Assembly (NCBI GenBank): GCA_028534125.1
Contig: CM052849.1
Coordinates: 310,001-374,000 of the forward strand
Length of the DNA: 64,000 nt
DNA from: Lama glama
Taxonomy: Eukaryota
Reading direction: 5' to 3'
Numbering within the stretch: the stretch's first letter is position 1; every line of letters begins with the position of its first letter. The notes beneath the pieces were generated by a model, which had not been told where the DNA came from, made no database searches, and worked only from the letters and a program-made list of their open reading frames with translations. The position numbers were made by a program, and so were the translations under genes. Of this stretch, positions 45,101 through 57,649 are shown in pieces.

Positions 45101-48100
45101 CACATGGGGAGGAGGAAGTCCCCGCTGCCCGTGGCCCCCTCGCAGGTTTCGGCTGCAAAGCTCGGAACACCCCGTTTGTAACGCTGGAAAAGGCCTTTGG
45201 GAGGTTCTCTCTAAAACAGAAGGGAGCCTGGGGCAAAGTGTGTGAGCCCAGCACAGCCGCCCGCAGCAGAGGACAGACAGGGACGCCGGATTCCAATCGT
45301 CTTTAACATCCGCCACCCAAAGAAAACAGCCAGGGAACCCCTGAGCCTTGGGAGCGCAGACACAGATCCCCCGAGACTCAGTCAGACTCTGGTGTGAGGT
45401 AACTGACCCGCTCCGCCCCCGGAAAGGGGCAGAAGCCCACAGGTGGGGGCCCTGGGTGCACATAGCAGCACCGGCCGTGAGGCTCGCTCCCCAGAGGAGG
45501 CCAACAACGCTGGTGCTGGGCCAAACGGCTTCTAGAAAAGACCTCCAACAACTACCGGTGCTGGGAAAAAGCAAGCGAGAGAACGCGGTCAGGAGGGGCG
45601 ACAGTTTTAACCAGAGAGCCCTGGCATTCCCAGGCTGCGTCCAGGGGCAGCAGTCCACACTCGGAGTCTGAATGACTTGGAACGGCCCTCATCAATGTCA
45701 ACTCCACTTGAGGGGGATGGTGGCAGCCCACTGCGGGTCTCAGCACGGCCACGCTGTGCTCAGCTTCAATACAGGAGGCCCAGCTGGGCTCCAGCAGCGC
45801 TGAGCCCACCCAACACCTGTGAGTGTCGGGGATGGGGCAGGAGGCCCAGACGTCCGAGAGAAGGACTATCTACTTTGACTTCTCACCTTCTACTTTTTCT
45901 ATTTGAATCTTTCCTAATGAGCACACAGTTACAAAAAGTCAAAGCAAGTGATCACACAGGTAAGACGGGCCTGCCCCACCCCACCCGTCCCTAACCGAAG
46001 GTGAGGTCTCGACACCAAGTGGGTACGTTACCAGCTTTGTTCTTCGCTAGTTTTTTGCTGCTCGCAGTTCCAGATCCATAGGTCACACCGTCAATGGTCA
46101 CCGAGGCACCAAAAGGTTCACTTGGGTTCTCTTAAAATTAAAATCGCTATTTGAAAACACACTTGCCAAGACACCAAAAGCATACGTGCAAACACACAAT
46201 CTGCTCACACTGACAGGCAAGGTGGGGGCAGGGCTGCTGTTGGAAGGCAGAGGTCTGGGGTTCCCAAGGCACTGAGCTGGGGCTAAGGGACAGTCAGCAG
46301 GCAGAGAACAAACCAGGAAATGGACAAACAGGGGCCCTGGGATAGTAAGCTGGAGGGGAGACAGGAGGCCAGAGGCAGAGCCACCAGGGAAGGGATCAAG
46401 CTCTGGGAAAGACGGGCAGACGGAGGACTGTGAGAGGCGGGAACCAAAGACACAGGAGAAAGGAGTGATGCCAAGGTCCTGGCTTCCCAGGGGAGAAAAC
46501 CCGGTCCTCCTGGAGGAGCAAGGAAGGTAGCCACGGGGGAGGCTGGTGGGAGGTGCAGGCCTGCAGCTCTTCATCCACCTGGGTCCTCGGGAGGCGCGGT
46601 GGCCAGGGAGGGACAAGAGGAAGGTGGGGAGGGGGTGTGGAGAGTAGGACGGTCACCCTTGGACAGGGCATGTCCCTCCTCAACCTCACCCTCATTTCTG
46701 TCCCAGCAGACGGGGCGGACAGTCAGCTCCTGCCTCCCCCGTGACCAAGGTGACAGGCTTGACTCTTCAGGATGAGACGGAAAGGCACTCACCACATTCA
46801 AAGAAGTTGTACACAGGGCGGACCTTGAGCACTCGCTGCATGTACTCGTGCAGAATGCAGACCTCAGACTTTCCGTTGGGGTTAATGACAAACTCTGCAA
46901 CAAGAGGGGCTGCCTCAGCTGCGGCATGTGACTGCGGCAAGCCAGCCCTCGGCCCCGCCACGCCCTGCTTCTGCGGGTGAGAACCTGGCGCACATGCAGG
47001 GCAGACGGGCTGTGAACAGACACAGCCCCCGCCAGGCACCAGTCCCGAGAACGTCGGGTGAAGAGAACGCCAGCAGGACCGGTCCGACCTGAGAATCCCC
47101 CAGCCCGGCTCACCTTTCTTCGTGGGTGCATCCTGCACAGACAGAGTGATGAGCTTCTGGTTGGCCGGCAGGATGGGCCTCTCTGACTCGGCCTGTTTTC
47201 GCTTCATTTCTCGATTGAACTGCCGACGCTCAGCCCACGTCCTGAATTTCTTCACGGTAACTTGCTCGAAGTCAAAGCGTTTCTCTAGGTAGTTCCGAAA
47301 TTCCTCGAGGTCTGCAGAGATTCACCAGAGACCAGAGTCACTGATTCCCAGCCTGAGAGTCTTGTCCTCTGCCCGGCAAGCAGGACTGGTCCTGGCCGCA
47401 TGATGCCCCTGCCCTTTCCTCCCCAAGGAGGGAGGCCAGGAATCAGGCCCCTTCCCTCTGCCAGCTCAAATGATCCAGGCAGGTCCCCACGGACAACTTT
47501 CTGGGACATCCTTTCATCTTATTCAAAGCAAGAACAAGAATACAAAAATAAGCAAGCAAAAAAGCTTAAAACAGCAGCAGTGGTGACAGCAGCCTCACAA
47601 ACTGTCCTCCCTCTAAAATGGGCACCGGACGCCCTGCAGCAGCCGAGGCACCGTAAGTCCCCAGTGCTCCCAGGCCTGGCCCCGCCTCTCCCTACAGGCC
47701 TGGCTTGGCCCGGTCTCTGCCATGTCCCCTCCTCCTCACCCCATTTAGGGAGGACCACAGCGTTCCCATCAGCTTCACCCAGGACCTGCCTGTGTCCCAC
47801 CATGCCAGTGTGAGCCCTGCGGCGGCCCCACAAGCAGCAGTGGAAGGGGGTGTGGCAATCAACATGGGCCACGTAACACGCTTAATAAATATGAACCGAA
47901 ACCACAAGTTTCTTTATCCATGAGTGCAGAGAAGCAAGTCTGGAAACAAGTGCACAAGGTGAGAGGTGGGAGGCAGGTGTTTCCAGAAAGACAGGAGCAC
48001 CCTCAGTGTTCCGTGTGAGGAAGCACACTGCTCAGTGATCTCACAGGGAGGCCCCTCCCAGCTGTGACAGCCCTCTCCTCAGGGGCCTCCTTCCACCCCT

Positions 48101-51100
48101 CAGGGGCCGACCTACCCTTCCTCACATACAAGAGTTACAAGACAGGCCAGGCAGCAGCCCAGACAACCAGGAATCCTGAGGACACACAGCACTCCTGACA
48201 GAGGAGCAGCAGGTGGGCTGAGTCAGCGAGCCACCAGGAGGACACGCGGAGAGGGGACACCACACACCCAGAGCGTGGCCCTAGGTCTGGGAAGGCAGCA
48301 CCCATGCCACACAGCGCAGACCCGACGCTGAGCACGCCAGATGTAGCCCCAGAAAAGCAGGACTTCAAGAAAGATGGAGGCCGCGGCCAGAGGAAAAGGC
48401 CGTATCTTCGGCATCACGGCCACACAGGCCTGCAGGGCCAGACAGGCCACCGCCGTCCCGACGTTCACTCTGCAAACTTACCGACTGACTCATCTTTGCA
48501 CACTTCCACCTTGGCCTTCACCTGCCCCAGGGCCCCAGGGGCGGCCTCGGCCCCCAGTGCGTCTTTCTCATCTGGGGGCCCCGAGTCGGCCCCCAAGGAG
48601 TCGGGCTCCTCCGGTGGGGGCTCCAGCTCCGCAGACCGGCTTGGGGGCTTGGCCGGGGACACCTCCCCACCGGACGCGAGCTCACTGCTCTGCTCCCTCT
48701 CCTCGTTGTCCTTCATTTTCTTGTAATGCAGGCAGGGGATGCTACTCAGAGGAGGGTCGTGTTTCTGTGGACAGTGAAGTTGCAACACCCATCACAAGCC
48801 CAGCCCCGGAGGTCTGCCCGTCCGACGTCTTTCACCTGACTCTGCTGGGCTGCACCGCAGCGTGTGCAGGTGTGCACGCTCCTCCTGCAAACCTACGAGA
48901 CTAAGTGCACAGCCGCTACGTCCCCTACCCGTATGCTTCCCGTTCCCAAGAAGTACGGCCTGGACCAGGTGACCACCCGCGACTCTCGGTGCAGGTACAC
49001 AGGGACTCCGGAGTTATGGAACGTCATGATCCACCCATCGGGCAACGGCTCTGTCGGGGGGCGGCCACGACCTGCACGAAGGACAGGAACACCAACCATC
49101 ACCTAAACACCATCAGGAGGTTTTCTAAGTCATGACACGCGACAGACAGCAGCAGTGAGGTCGATCAAACGTTAAAAGAGGACCCCTAAGAGGCAGGAGT
49201 AGGGGAACTGCGCCCTCCCCTGGGCAGAGCCTGTCCCTGCCAAGCCTCCACGAGGCACCTCCCATGTGCACAACCGTGCTGTCTGCCATCTGTGTGTGAC
49301 TTAGACTCTAGTCCCTCCTGCAGCAGGAAGCCGTCCGTCCTGCTCACTGCTGTACCCCCCGCCTAGAACAGGGCATACACACCAAGGAGCCCAGAACAGG
49401 GTTCTGCAAGGCACGGCCTCACCTTGGCTCTGCCTTCACAGCTGTCGAGGACCATGGACACTGGGCCCTCTGCCTGCTCGCCTCGCCATGGTCAGAGGCA
49501 CTGCAGGGGCTGGGGAGGCTTTGCTAATAACTGCATGTCGGTGGACCACTGCTCCATGACCAGGTGGCAACACTTCCACCAGCGCACAAAGCACCACTTC
49601 AAATTCACCACCTTCTAAGTCAGTGTAAGACACCACTCTTGCCCTTTCCTGCTTCACAGTCATCAGACTCGTTATCCACCTGACATCCGCCACGGACAGG
49701 CTTGGCTGCTGGGAACAGCCCATGGCAAAGATTTAACTAAAACTTAATTTTCTTACAGGTATCAGGAGCAAGTTAAAAATTTAGAAACAAAAGTAAAAAA
49801 CCAAGTGAACTCTAAAAACATGTATTACATGGTGAAACAGCACCAGTGACTCTCGTGGAAAAGGGAGCAGTACTCCAGTGCCAGGCCAGCACCAGATGGA
49901 CCTGGGTGTGGGGCGGCCCTGGGAGCTGTGCGAGGTTGGACAGCCGCGGACTGCCAGACACTCTCCCTCGGTGGGGCCTGGAGCCACCTCACACCTGCTC
50001 AATGCAAGGAGTCACAGTGTTGGCCCAGCCGCCAAAGAGCCTGTGTATGGCTCACACCGTAGGTGGGCGCAGTCCGTGTGGCAGCTCCTGGGAGGATGGC
50101 AGGGCAGGCAGGCGAGGCAGAGGCTGTGGGAAAGGCACCTGCAGGCCTGGCCAGGCATCCCGCTGACCTGGGCACTGCTCAAGGTGGCTGTCTGCTCAGA
50201 CAGCACTCCCAGAGGCCAAGGGACCAGAGCCCACTCGGACAGAGCCTGGCCCAGCACTGCCAACATGTCTGGCCCCCAGGTTGCTCCTGTCACACTCGCC
50301 ACCTTCTGAGCCAAGTCCCATGTGTCTTCTCAGCCCCTTTCTATTGCCTGCCTGCCCACCTGACACACCACCTGGACACTCACCGGCGCCTCCAGGCCAA
50401 GGCAGAAACCAACAAGGAACCTCTGACCTCATCGCATCAGCAGGGGCTGCAGGGCACGGTACCCCCTCACCACCACCCGACCCCTCCACCTCTGTCCACG
50501 GAAGTGCACCACCCGTGCTGTGCACTGGAGCCAGGCTTTCAGACACGTCTGCTTCCAGTGGCTCCCTGACTCTCAGCACAGAAGCTAGCACCTGGACCCC
50601 ACCCACCCCTACCCTTGGCTTCCACACCCCTGGCTGCCTCCTCCCTGGCTCCTGGGTCCCTGACCCACCTTGGAAGGCCCCGCTATGCTGCACGACCTCA
50701 GCCCCTCTGGTCTCCATAGCACTCATGCCACCTGCTGCTGGGCTGTCCTGCGCCTGGACATGTGCTTATGTCTGGTCTGTCTCCCTTCAGCAGACCGGCC
50801 GACCCTGACCACTGCTTGGCACCCTGAGGGCTCTCAGGCCAGCACCCGCGCCACCGCAAACACTCCCCACTCTCTGACCCCACTTACTTTTGAGTACTGT
50901 TTTGATTTTGGTCATCATGGGCTGCACGCTCGTCTCTCCGTCTGACGGATGGTCACTGTCTGCCCCGTACCTCTCCTCCACCCGCCTCTTCTTGGGAGCG
51001 CAGAGGCCCTCTTCCAGTAGGGCGTCGACATCGTTGTCAAAGTCGTCCTGCAAAACATGCTGCTCAGACCCCAGCCCCCGTGCCCGCGCTCCTGCCCCAC

Positions 51101-52198
51101 AGGCAAGCATCACAGGGAAACATCAGTGATGACACAGAACGGATGTGCCCTGGGGGCCTAGGTGGGCCTCTATGGTGCGGGATCATCTGAAAAACAAATG
51201 GGGTGAAACCGACAGCTGAACCGCACTCAGGCGGTGCTCGCGCCACCAGGGAGCGCAGCCAGCAGCTCCTTCCAGCTCAGCTGGGACAAGGGCACGAGGC
51301 AGACCTGTCAGCCAGACTGTCATTAGCAAAGTTGGAAACCTGGACTCCTTACAGCTTTCTCTTCTCACATGGGTGTTTTTTTTTTCCTCTGCAACATCAG
51401 CTTTCAAAAGATACTGCGGGTCCCAAATACCTCTCTGGGTTTTGCTAAGAGGGCTCCAAAGTGGGGCCGCCAACATACCTCGTAGGAGAAATTCAAGGCC
51501 TCTTCGTCCACTCTGTCTCTNNNNNNNNNNNNNNNNNNNNNNNNNNNNNNNNNNNNNNNNNNNNNNNNNNNNNNNNNNNNNNNNNNNNNNNNNNNNNNNN
51601 NNNNNNNNNNNNNNNNNNNNNNNNNNNNNNNNNNNNNNNNNNNNNNNNNNNNNNNNNNNNNNNNNNNNNNNNNNNNNNNNNNNNNNNNNNNNNNNNNNNN
51701 NNNNNNNNNNNNNNNNNNNNNNNNNNNNNNNNNNNNNNNNNNNNNNNNNNNNNNNNNNNNNNNNNNNNNNNNNNNNNNNNNNNNNNNNNNNNNNNNNNNN
51801 NNNNNNNNNNNNNNNNNNNNNNNNNNNNNNNNNNNNNNNNNNNNNNNNNNNNNNNNNNNNNNNNNNNNNNNNNNNNNNNNNNNNNNNNNNNNNNNNNNNN
51901 NNNNNNNNNNNNNNNNNNNNNNNNNNNNNNNNNNNNNNNNNNNNNNNNGGGCCTTAGAGAAGGATCCTCTGGAGAGAAGAGACGCTCCGTAGAAGTTGAG
52001 CGGGTCCTCGGCAGGGGGTTCGGCCTGTCCATCACCACCAGAGCCAACGTCCATTACCTCTGCATCACTGGACGTTTGCAGGGGAGGTGGTGGAGACTGT
52101 TCACGGGGCAGCGCTTGGAGGGGGCAAGCTCGGTTCTCCATCACCGCTCCTCCTGCGGGCTCACGCGGGAGAGGAGAGGGACTCTCACATGTCTCCAT
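39149..52198 (-). CDS. DGCR8: Microprocessor complex subunit DGCR8, 13 coding exons, 773 aa (part of exon 2 in a gap)
   Basis: Exons 51479-52198, 50888-51047, 48929-49071, 48482-48764, 47114-47311, 46793-46894, 46032-46130, 44787-44869, 41903-42003, 41592-41698, 40532-40659, 39662-39775, 39149-39232 (2322 nt). WW domain [21 protein letters not shown], heme motif IPCL, dsRBDs ([11 protein letters not shown]; [15 protein letters not shown]), C-terminus [10 protein letters not shown]. Confidence 0.97.
42950..44450 (+). mobile_element. Old, internally deleted LINE-1 (L1M-type) in DGCR8 intron 9, antisense to the gene
   Basis: A-rich; degenerate ORF2 peptide [27 protein letters not shown]...[10 protein letters not shown]; L1MB-like 3' end (gtgactgctaatggg...aaaacccactgaactgcacagtttaaaagggcaaaattttatggtat). 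Boundaries approximate. Confidence 0.85.
44888..44934. repeat. (TGAGGG)4 plus degenerate CGAGGG copies
   Basis: Read directly; next to the DGCR8 exon 9 acceptor. Confidence 0.9.
51521..51948. other. Assembly gap (428 N) within DGCR8 exon 2
   Basis: Run of N; the reading frame is consistent on both sides. Confidence 0.99.
52020..52104 (-). ncRNA. MIR1306: mir-1306 hairpin within the DGCR8 CDS
   Basis: 5p CCACCTCCCCTGCAAACGTCCA and 3p ACGTTGGCTCTGGTGGTG arms are present on the minus strand and complementary. Confidence 0.93.
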
Positions 52199-52331
52199 AG
52201 TGAAAGTGGGTAAGACTACTTTAAAAGACCAGAGTTTTAAAAACCTTACATAAATCTACACAGCTAACATGCACAAGTCCGCCGAGACCCAGGCGCCGTC
52301 CTGCCCGCGCTGCACACGCTGGCGGCTTAGT

Positions 52332-52419
52332 CAAGCTGGCCACATTGCTCTTTTCATTAATGTAGACAGCTTTTAGAACCACTGCCTCAATTATTGGAAA
52401 TCACAATGCACTCAGCTTA
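52332..52419 (-). ncRNA. MIR3618: mir-3618 hairpin in the DGCR8 5' UTR (Drosha autoregulatory substrate)
   Basis: Minus strand TAAGCTGAGTGCATTGTGATTTCCAATAATTGAGGCAGTGGTTCTAAAAGCTGTCTACATTAATGAAAAGAGCAATGTGGCCAGCTTG. Lies within exon 2, whose first base is 52478. Confidence 0.92.
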
Positions 52420-53824
52420 AATGACTGACGACTAAGCGAGCCTGTCTTCGTGCCCAAGGGGCACCTGTCTTCCTCCACCTGCAAAGAGACGTAAAGACAT
52501 CGTCACAAATGACAGAATCTTCTGCTTCCCTGGTACCAGGAGTTGAGTGCTATTCACAGCAGATTTAAAAAACTTGAAATAATACTGCCTAAGAGAACCT
52601 TTCAGGCTTCAAAACAAGCTAACTCTACTTTTCCTTCAGAACCTAAATCATAATTTAAACCCAAAGTTAAATACGTTACTTGTCCACTATAACTCCAACT
52701 TCAGAAGCACAAAAACAGTACTACCTTTAGACTCAAAAAGGATTTAAGGAAAAAAAAACTGCACTAAGCTTCACCGCAGCACCCACTCAGTTTATTAGGT
52801 AGGCCAGCACGCAGTGCAAGGCCGCCCTTTCCAGAGCACACAGTTGGCGTGCGGCTTCCCTCCAGCCACCAGAGCGACACCGATCCACTCACCTGCTAGG
52901 GCCGGGTCAGTCAGAGGGCAAGCGTGGGACCCTCGGCTCAGCTCTGTGGCACTAGGGCCTCAGAGGCAGGGCCAGGGGCTGTATTACCCCGGGACCCCAG
53001 GGCACAGGGACAGGGACAGTGATGCAGCGAGCTGGTTCAGTCCCAGGAGAGGAGGGGGCGGGGGCTGTAGGGAAGAGGGCCTGGCCAGGGTTGGGGGACT
53101 ACGGGAGACAGCTGAGGCCACGGCACAAGGGAGTCCTGGGGCAACAAGAAGTCACTGGGGTGAAGTGCCTCCCGTGCCACAGCTCAGTCCTCCCTATGGC
53201 TGCACCTGAGGCCAGAGGGCAAAGGGGTGAGAGAGGCTCTGGCAGCGGGCTGGCCCTCAAGAACAGCAGACACAGGACTGAGCGCACTGCTGACAGGTGG
53301 AGGCGGAGCAGGGACAAGAAAGAACGCAGGACAAGATTTCACCGCGGCTCCTACCCTCCCCCGTCCTCGCCGCTGCCCCTTCTCCCCTGGGGGACGCGCT
53401 GCAGTATTCAGGCAGGAGCCTGCAGAGGAGCGTGGACGGAGCCTCTGGGCAGACCTGGCCCGGATACAGGCGGCCAGAACGCATCAGCGACCGGGCCACA
53501 GGAGAGGGAAGGCAGACCAAGAGGAAGGCTGAAGAGCCAACTCTGGGAAGTTCACTCCGGGGGAAGCATGACAAAAGGGGAGATGTGAGGCTGAGACGAC
53601 AGGCCAGGGGCAGGCCAAACCCAGGTCTGCAGGAGGGCAAGGCATCAGAACGGAAGCACGTGCAGACACGCAGGAACATGCCATGCACACGGTTGTGGAC
53701 ACACATGCATGCCCACACCCATTTGTTGCAGACGGAACAGGAAACACGTTGAAGTTTACAATGAAGGGACAGAGTGTCTGGTTACTTTCAAGGGGACACC
53801 ACACAAAAATCAGAGACCTGTTTA

Positions 53825-55620
53825 CATTTAGTTAATTAATCCAACAAATATTTGCAGACCACCTACTCTGACAGGGGCATTACCATGAACAAGAGGACGA
53901 CCACAGATCTGTCCCTCTATTTCCTAGATTCTAAGGTGCCCTTCCATTTCTGAATTCGTGGGAATTTAGCACAATGCCTCCCTCACAGGTATGTGTCTCA
54001 GGGGTGTTCAGGATGTAGGAAACACGGCACACAGGTGATGACAGGCTCAGAGCCACAGTGGACACTGGGGAGGCGACAGCCAGCCAGACATGGCAAACAC
54101 CAAGTGGAGTAAGGCCAGTCTCCTGGCAACCAAGAAAGGTCACTTCAGAGGAGGTCAGATAAATCGGCATGCCCAGCACTACAGAACACACATACAACCA
54201 GAACTAAATCCCCCGGAACCGGACAGGTCTGCAAAGACCTGAGCAAGAGCCAGTCCGTGATTCTGGGAGCTGAAGAGGCTACACTGAAGATGTGAGGAGA
54301 CGGGGGCATGGGAGCCATGCGGTGCAGGATGGGGACGCCTGCTACCCTGTTCAAAGGCTAAGCAGCAGCCAGAGTCAAAGCAGGATGCCCAAGTGAAATG
54401 ATAACTGATGAAGGGAGACCTTGAAGGGGTGCACAGAGCAGGGTCCCAGAGCTGTGGAGAGAGGGTCTCTGGAGCTGAGGGGAGCCTCCCCAGCCCCAAG
54501 GGAGCATCTCCCAGCTGAGGACTCCTCAGTGGAAAGGGCTGCCCTGGGCAGGCTCCTTACCGCTCCTTTGTGGGCTTTCCCTCCTCATCAACGCCTTCCA
54601 TGTGGTACACACCACTCTACATGCTGAGGACATGAGAGAGACAAAGTCTCTGGCCACAGAGCTCATGTTTTCACGGGAGAGATGGACAAGTAACAACTAA
54701 GAAAAGTTGAGACCCGTTCAAGAGGAAACAAAGCAAGGAAAGGGTGGGCAGTGAAGGCCTGGTGGTCAGCCTCCACCTGAGGGCAGAGGACAGGGCCAGG
54801 TGGGCAGTGGGGTTTGGTGGGGAGCATCCTAGGCAACACAAAGAGCAAAGGCTCCAGAGTAGGAGCACAGGGTGGCAGGTGAGAGCACTATGCTGAGCAG
54901 GGAGAGGGGAGGCCACGTCAGTGAGGGCAGGTGAGACCAGGACCCTGGCTCTTATCGTGATGGAGATGGACCACTGGGCAGGAGGGTCCAGGCAGTGAAG
55001 CCACGTGATCCAAGGTCTGCAGTGGCAGCCAGCCCTCAGCCAGGCCCTGTTCTCAGCGCTTTATGCACTGTCACTCACCAGTTCTCACACAGCACTAAAA
55101 ATGGTTAAGCAACTTGCTCAAGGTCGCACAGCTGGAAAGCAGTGGGGATGCTTTACCCCTCAGGCAGGCTGGGTGCAGTCTGTACTGCCTTGGTTTTACA
55201 GTATTGCAGTTTTAAAAAACCACTATGTGTCCAAAAATACTATAGGTGGGTGGAAGGCAGGAGAGGCAAAGGCCAGAGCAAAGGAAAGGGGCTCACCAGG
55301 CAGCCTGGGCCAGCACATGAAGCTGGAGGTGGTGAGGAACTGTCCTGAGGGCTGCATGGAGACCTACGAGAGGACCCAGGTGACTGCAGACTCAAGGACA
55401 GAATGTTCATGCGCCAAGGTGGTGAGGGCAGCACCAGGTGAGTGGATATAGGAGTCTAGGTTTGGGCAAGGCTACTTGGCATCAGAGTAACCATGGAGAT
55501 GTGGGAGAGTCAGTGAGAACCAGGAGGCTGCAGCTCAGAAGGGAGGCCAGGGCTGGGGGTGCAGGTGCAGATGTCAAGGAGAGCGTGCATTAAAGCCAAG
55601 ATCCCCAATGGCAGCTCCAA
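53825..55620 (-). mobile_element. Fragmented L2 pieces with an intervening MIR (about 55030-55190) in DGCR8 intron 1
   Basis: L2 tail attaatccaacaaatatttgcagaccacctact; catcctaggcaacacaaagagcaaaggc; MIR ggttaagcaacttgctcaaggtcgcacagct. Boundaries approximate. Confidence 0.55.
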
Positions 55621-56499
55621 CAAGAGGCCAAGATCGGGCAAACCAGTCAGGTCCACTTCCCTAATCCCAAGGTCACAGTTTGATTATACAATCCCCCGGG
55701 AGGTGCCCTGCAGATTGCCTGGCCATAAAGGGTTCAGAGGGTGGCTCTCCCGCCCTCGGTCTCACTACTGCTTCAGCTGACTGAACACAGGATGCAAACC
55801 TTGCTTGCCAAGTGGACCACAAGCCAGCAGCAAACTCACAGCAGGCGCCCTGGATCCCTGGCACAGAGTAAAACCCACATGGTTGGACAGCACCCTTCAT
55901 TGAGGTCCGCTCGCTGGGTGGCTCGGAGGCGCCGTCTGTGATGGTCCAGTGCTGTGGCTGCTTGCTGCCTTTTGGACAAGCCTCTCCCGCTGCAGCCCCC
56001 CGCCCAACCCAGCGGCAGTATGACCTCATCCACTCCTTTTGTCATCCTCCGAAGGCCTCACATTCTGCACTCACAGGCAGCACTGACGACTGGTCATTCA
56101 CTCCCTTTGGTGAGCGAACGCCTGCGGCAAGGTTTGGCCCCCTCTACCCGCAGCTCGTGACTGGGAGCCCAGGCTGCGGCTGCGAACAGGATCCCCGCCT
56201 AGTGGTTGGCCTGCCACGGTCACCAGCCTAGACTGGACTGCCGTGTACCAGGTAACAAGGAACATGCAAGCATGCAGAACCACAAATTGTGTTCCTACCC
56301 TGAGCAACCCAAGTCCACCGGACGACACCTGACAGGTATCACTGTCAACAGGTTGCCACCTTCCATTTATTTCTGTTTCGGTCATTGTTAGACAAAAGCA
56401 CATCCAGACCATATAGTGATGCTCAGTCGTGAGCATTTGGTGGAGATGACTGGGGCCACTTCTCAGATTTCCCGAACTATGTTACTCTGGGCAGCACCG

Positions 56500-57600
56500 C
56501 CCCTATCCGTCCCTTTTCCGCCTGAGAACCATCTACGGCTTCGGGCCCACGGGGCGAGGGGCCTGCTGACACCTGGGTGTTCGCCCAAGCGGAGAGCCGC
56601 CAGCGCGGCGACCCACGGCCCCCGCCCCGCCCCCTGCGGGACCTCCGCCCCGCGCTCCGGGGCCCTCGGCCATGATGCTTCACAAAGGCCGGGATTCCGC
56701 GTGGCCCGGCCGGCCCGCGCCCTCCCACCCGCCGTCCGGCCCGCGGCCTCGGTCCGGGAGGGAGGGAGGGGAAGGGCGCGCCTCCCGGAGGCCGCAGCGC
56801 TGCCCACCCGCCCGCCCGCCCGGCCGCGGGGCGCCCCTCGCGCCCCGCACCTACCTCCGGCGCCCGCGGCCCGCCGAGCTGCCCGCAGCCCGACCGCGGC
56901 GGAGACCCTCAAGGCCCGGCCGCCGCCGCCATCCAGAAGGGCCGCGCGGGCGCTCTCCGGTCGGCGGGACCCGCCTGCCGCGCGGGGCGAGCGGAGGGTG
57001 GGCCTTGGCGCGCGCGGCCAATCCTGCGCGCGGCCGTCCCGCATTGGGGGAGCCGCGGAGCGGGCTGCGGAGGCCGCCAATCGGCGGTGCGCGGCGCTCG
57101 CGGCCACGGCGCGCGGCCCAATGGAGAGGCCGCGCGGGCGGGACCAGGCGCTGAGGCCGCGGCCGCGCTAACGGTCGCCGCCTGGGCGGGGCTCGCCGCG
57201 CGGAGGGCGGCGGCCGCGGGGGACGCCGGGAACGGGGAGCGCGGGGGACGCCGGGAACGGGGAGCGCGGGGGAAGCCGGGACCCGGGATCGGAGGGCCAG
57301 TCTACGGGGTGGGCAGTGCGGACGGTGCGGACGAGGCCGCGCACACACGGGCGTAACATATTCCGTTTCAAAGCATTAAACATAACCATTGGGGAAAAAA
57401 AGAGCGCGCAACTGTCTGGCACTTTTCTGTTCGCTGATCCTGCGCGAGAAGCCTCCGCCAAGGGCCTGAGCAAGTGAAGAAGGGACGTCTGTGGGACCCA
57501 GCTCCGAGGAAAGACGGAAACGAAAGTCTTCCGTCAGCGGCGGGCACAGGGCCTGCTGCAGACAGACGTCCCGGACGCTACTCAGAGTGGACAGAAAAGG
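56500..57600 (-). promoter_or_regulatory. CpG island with DGCR8 promoter and non-coding exon 1
   Basis: Donor GAG|GTAGGT at 56855/56854. Four CCAAT/ATTGG boxes at 57018, 57043, 57077 and 57118. YY1-like GATGGCGGC near 56925-56933. Confidence 0.82.
57216..57280. repeat. 25-bp tandem repeat GCGGGGGACGCCGGGAACGGGGAGC, 2.6 copies
   Basis: Exact copies at 57216-57240 and 57241-57265, degenerate partial copy to 57280. Confidence 0.9.
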
Positions 57601-57649
57601 AGAAACGGGCGGGGTTTTGTTAGTTTTGCAGAGTTTCTCCCTCAAGACA

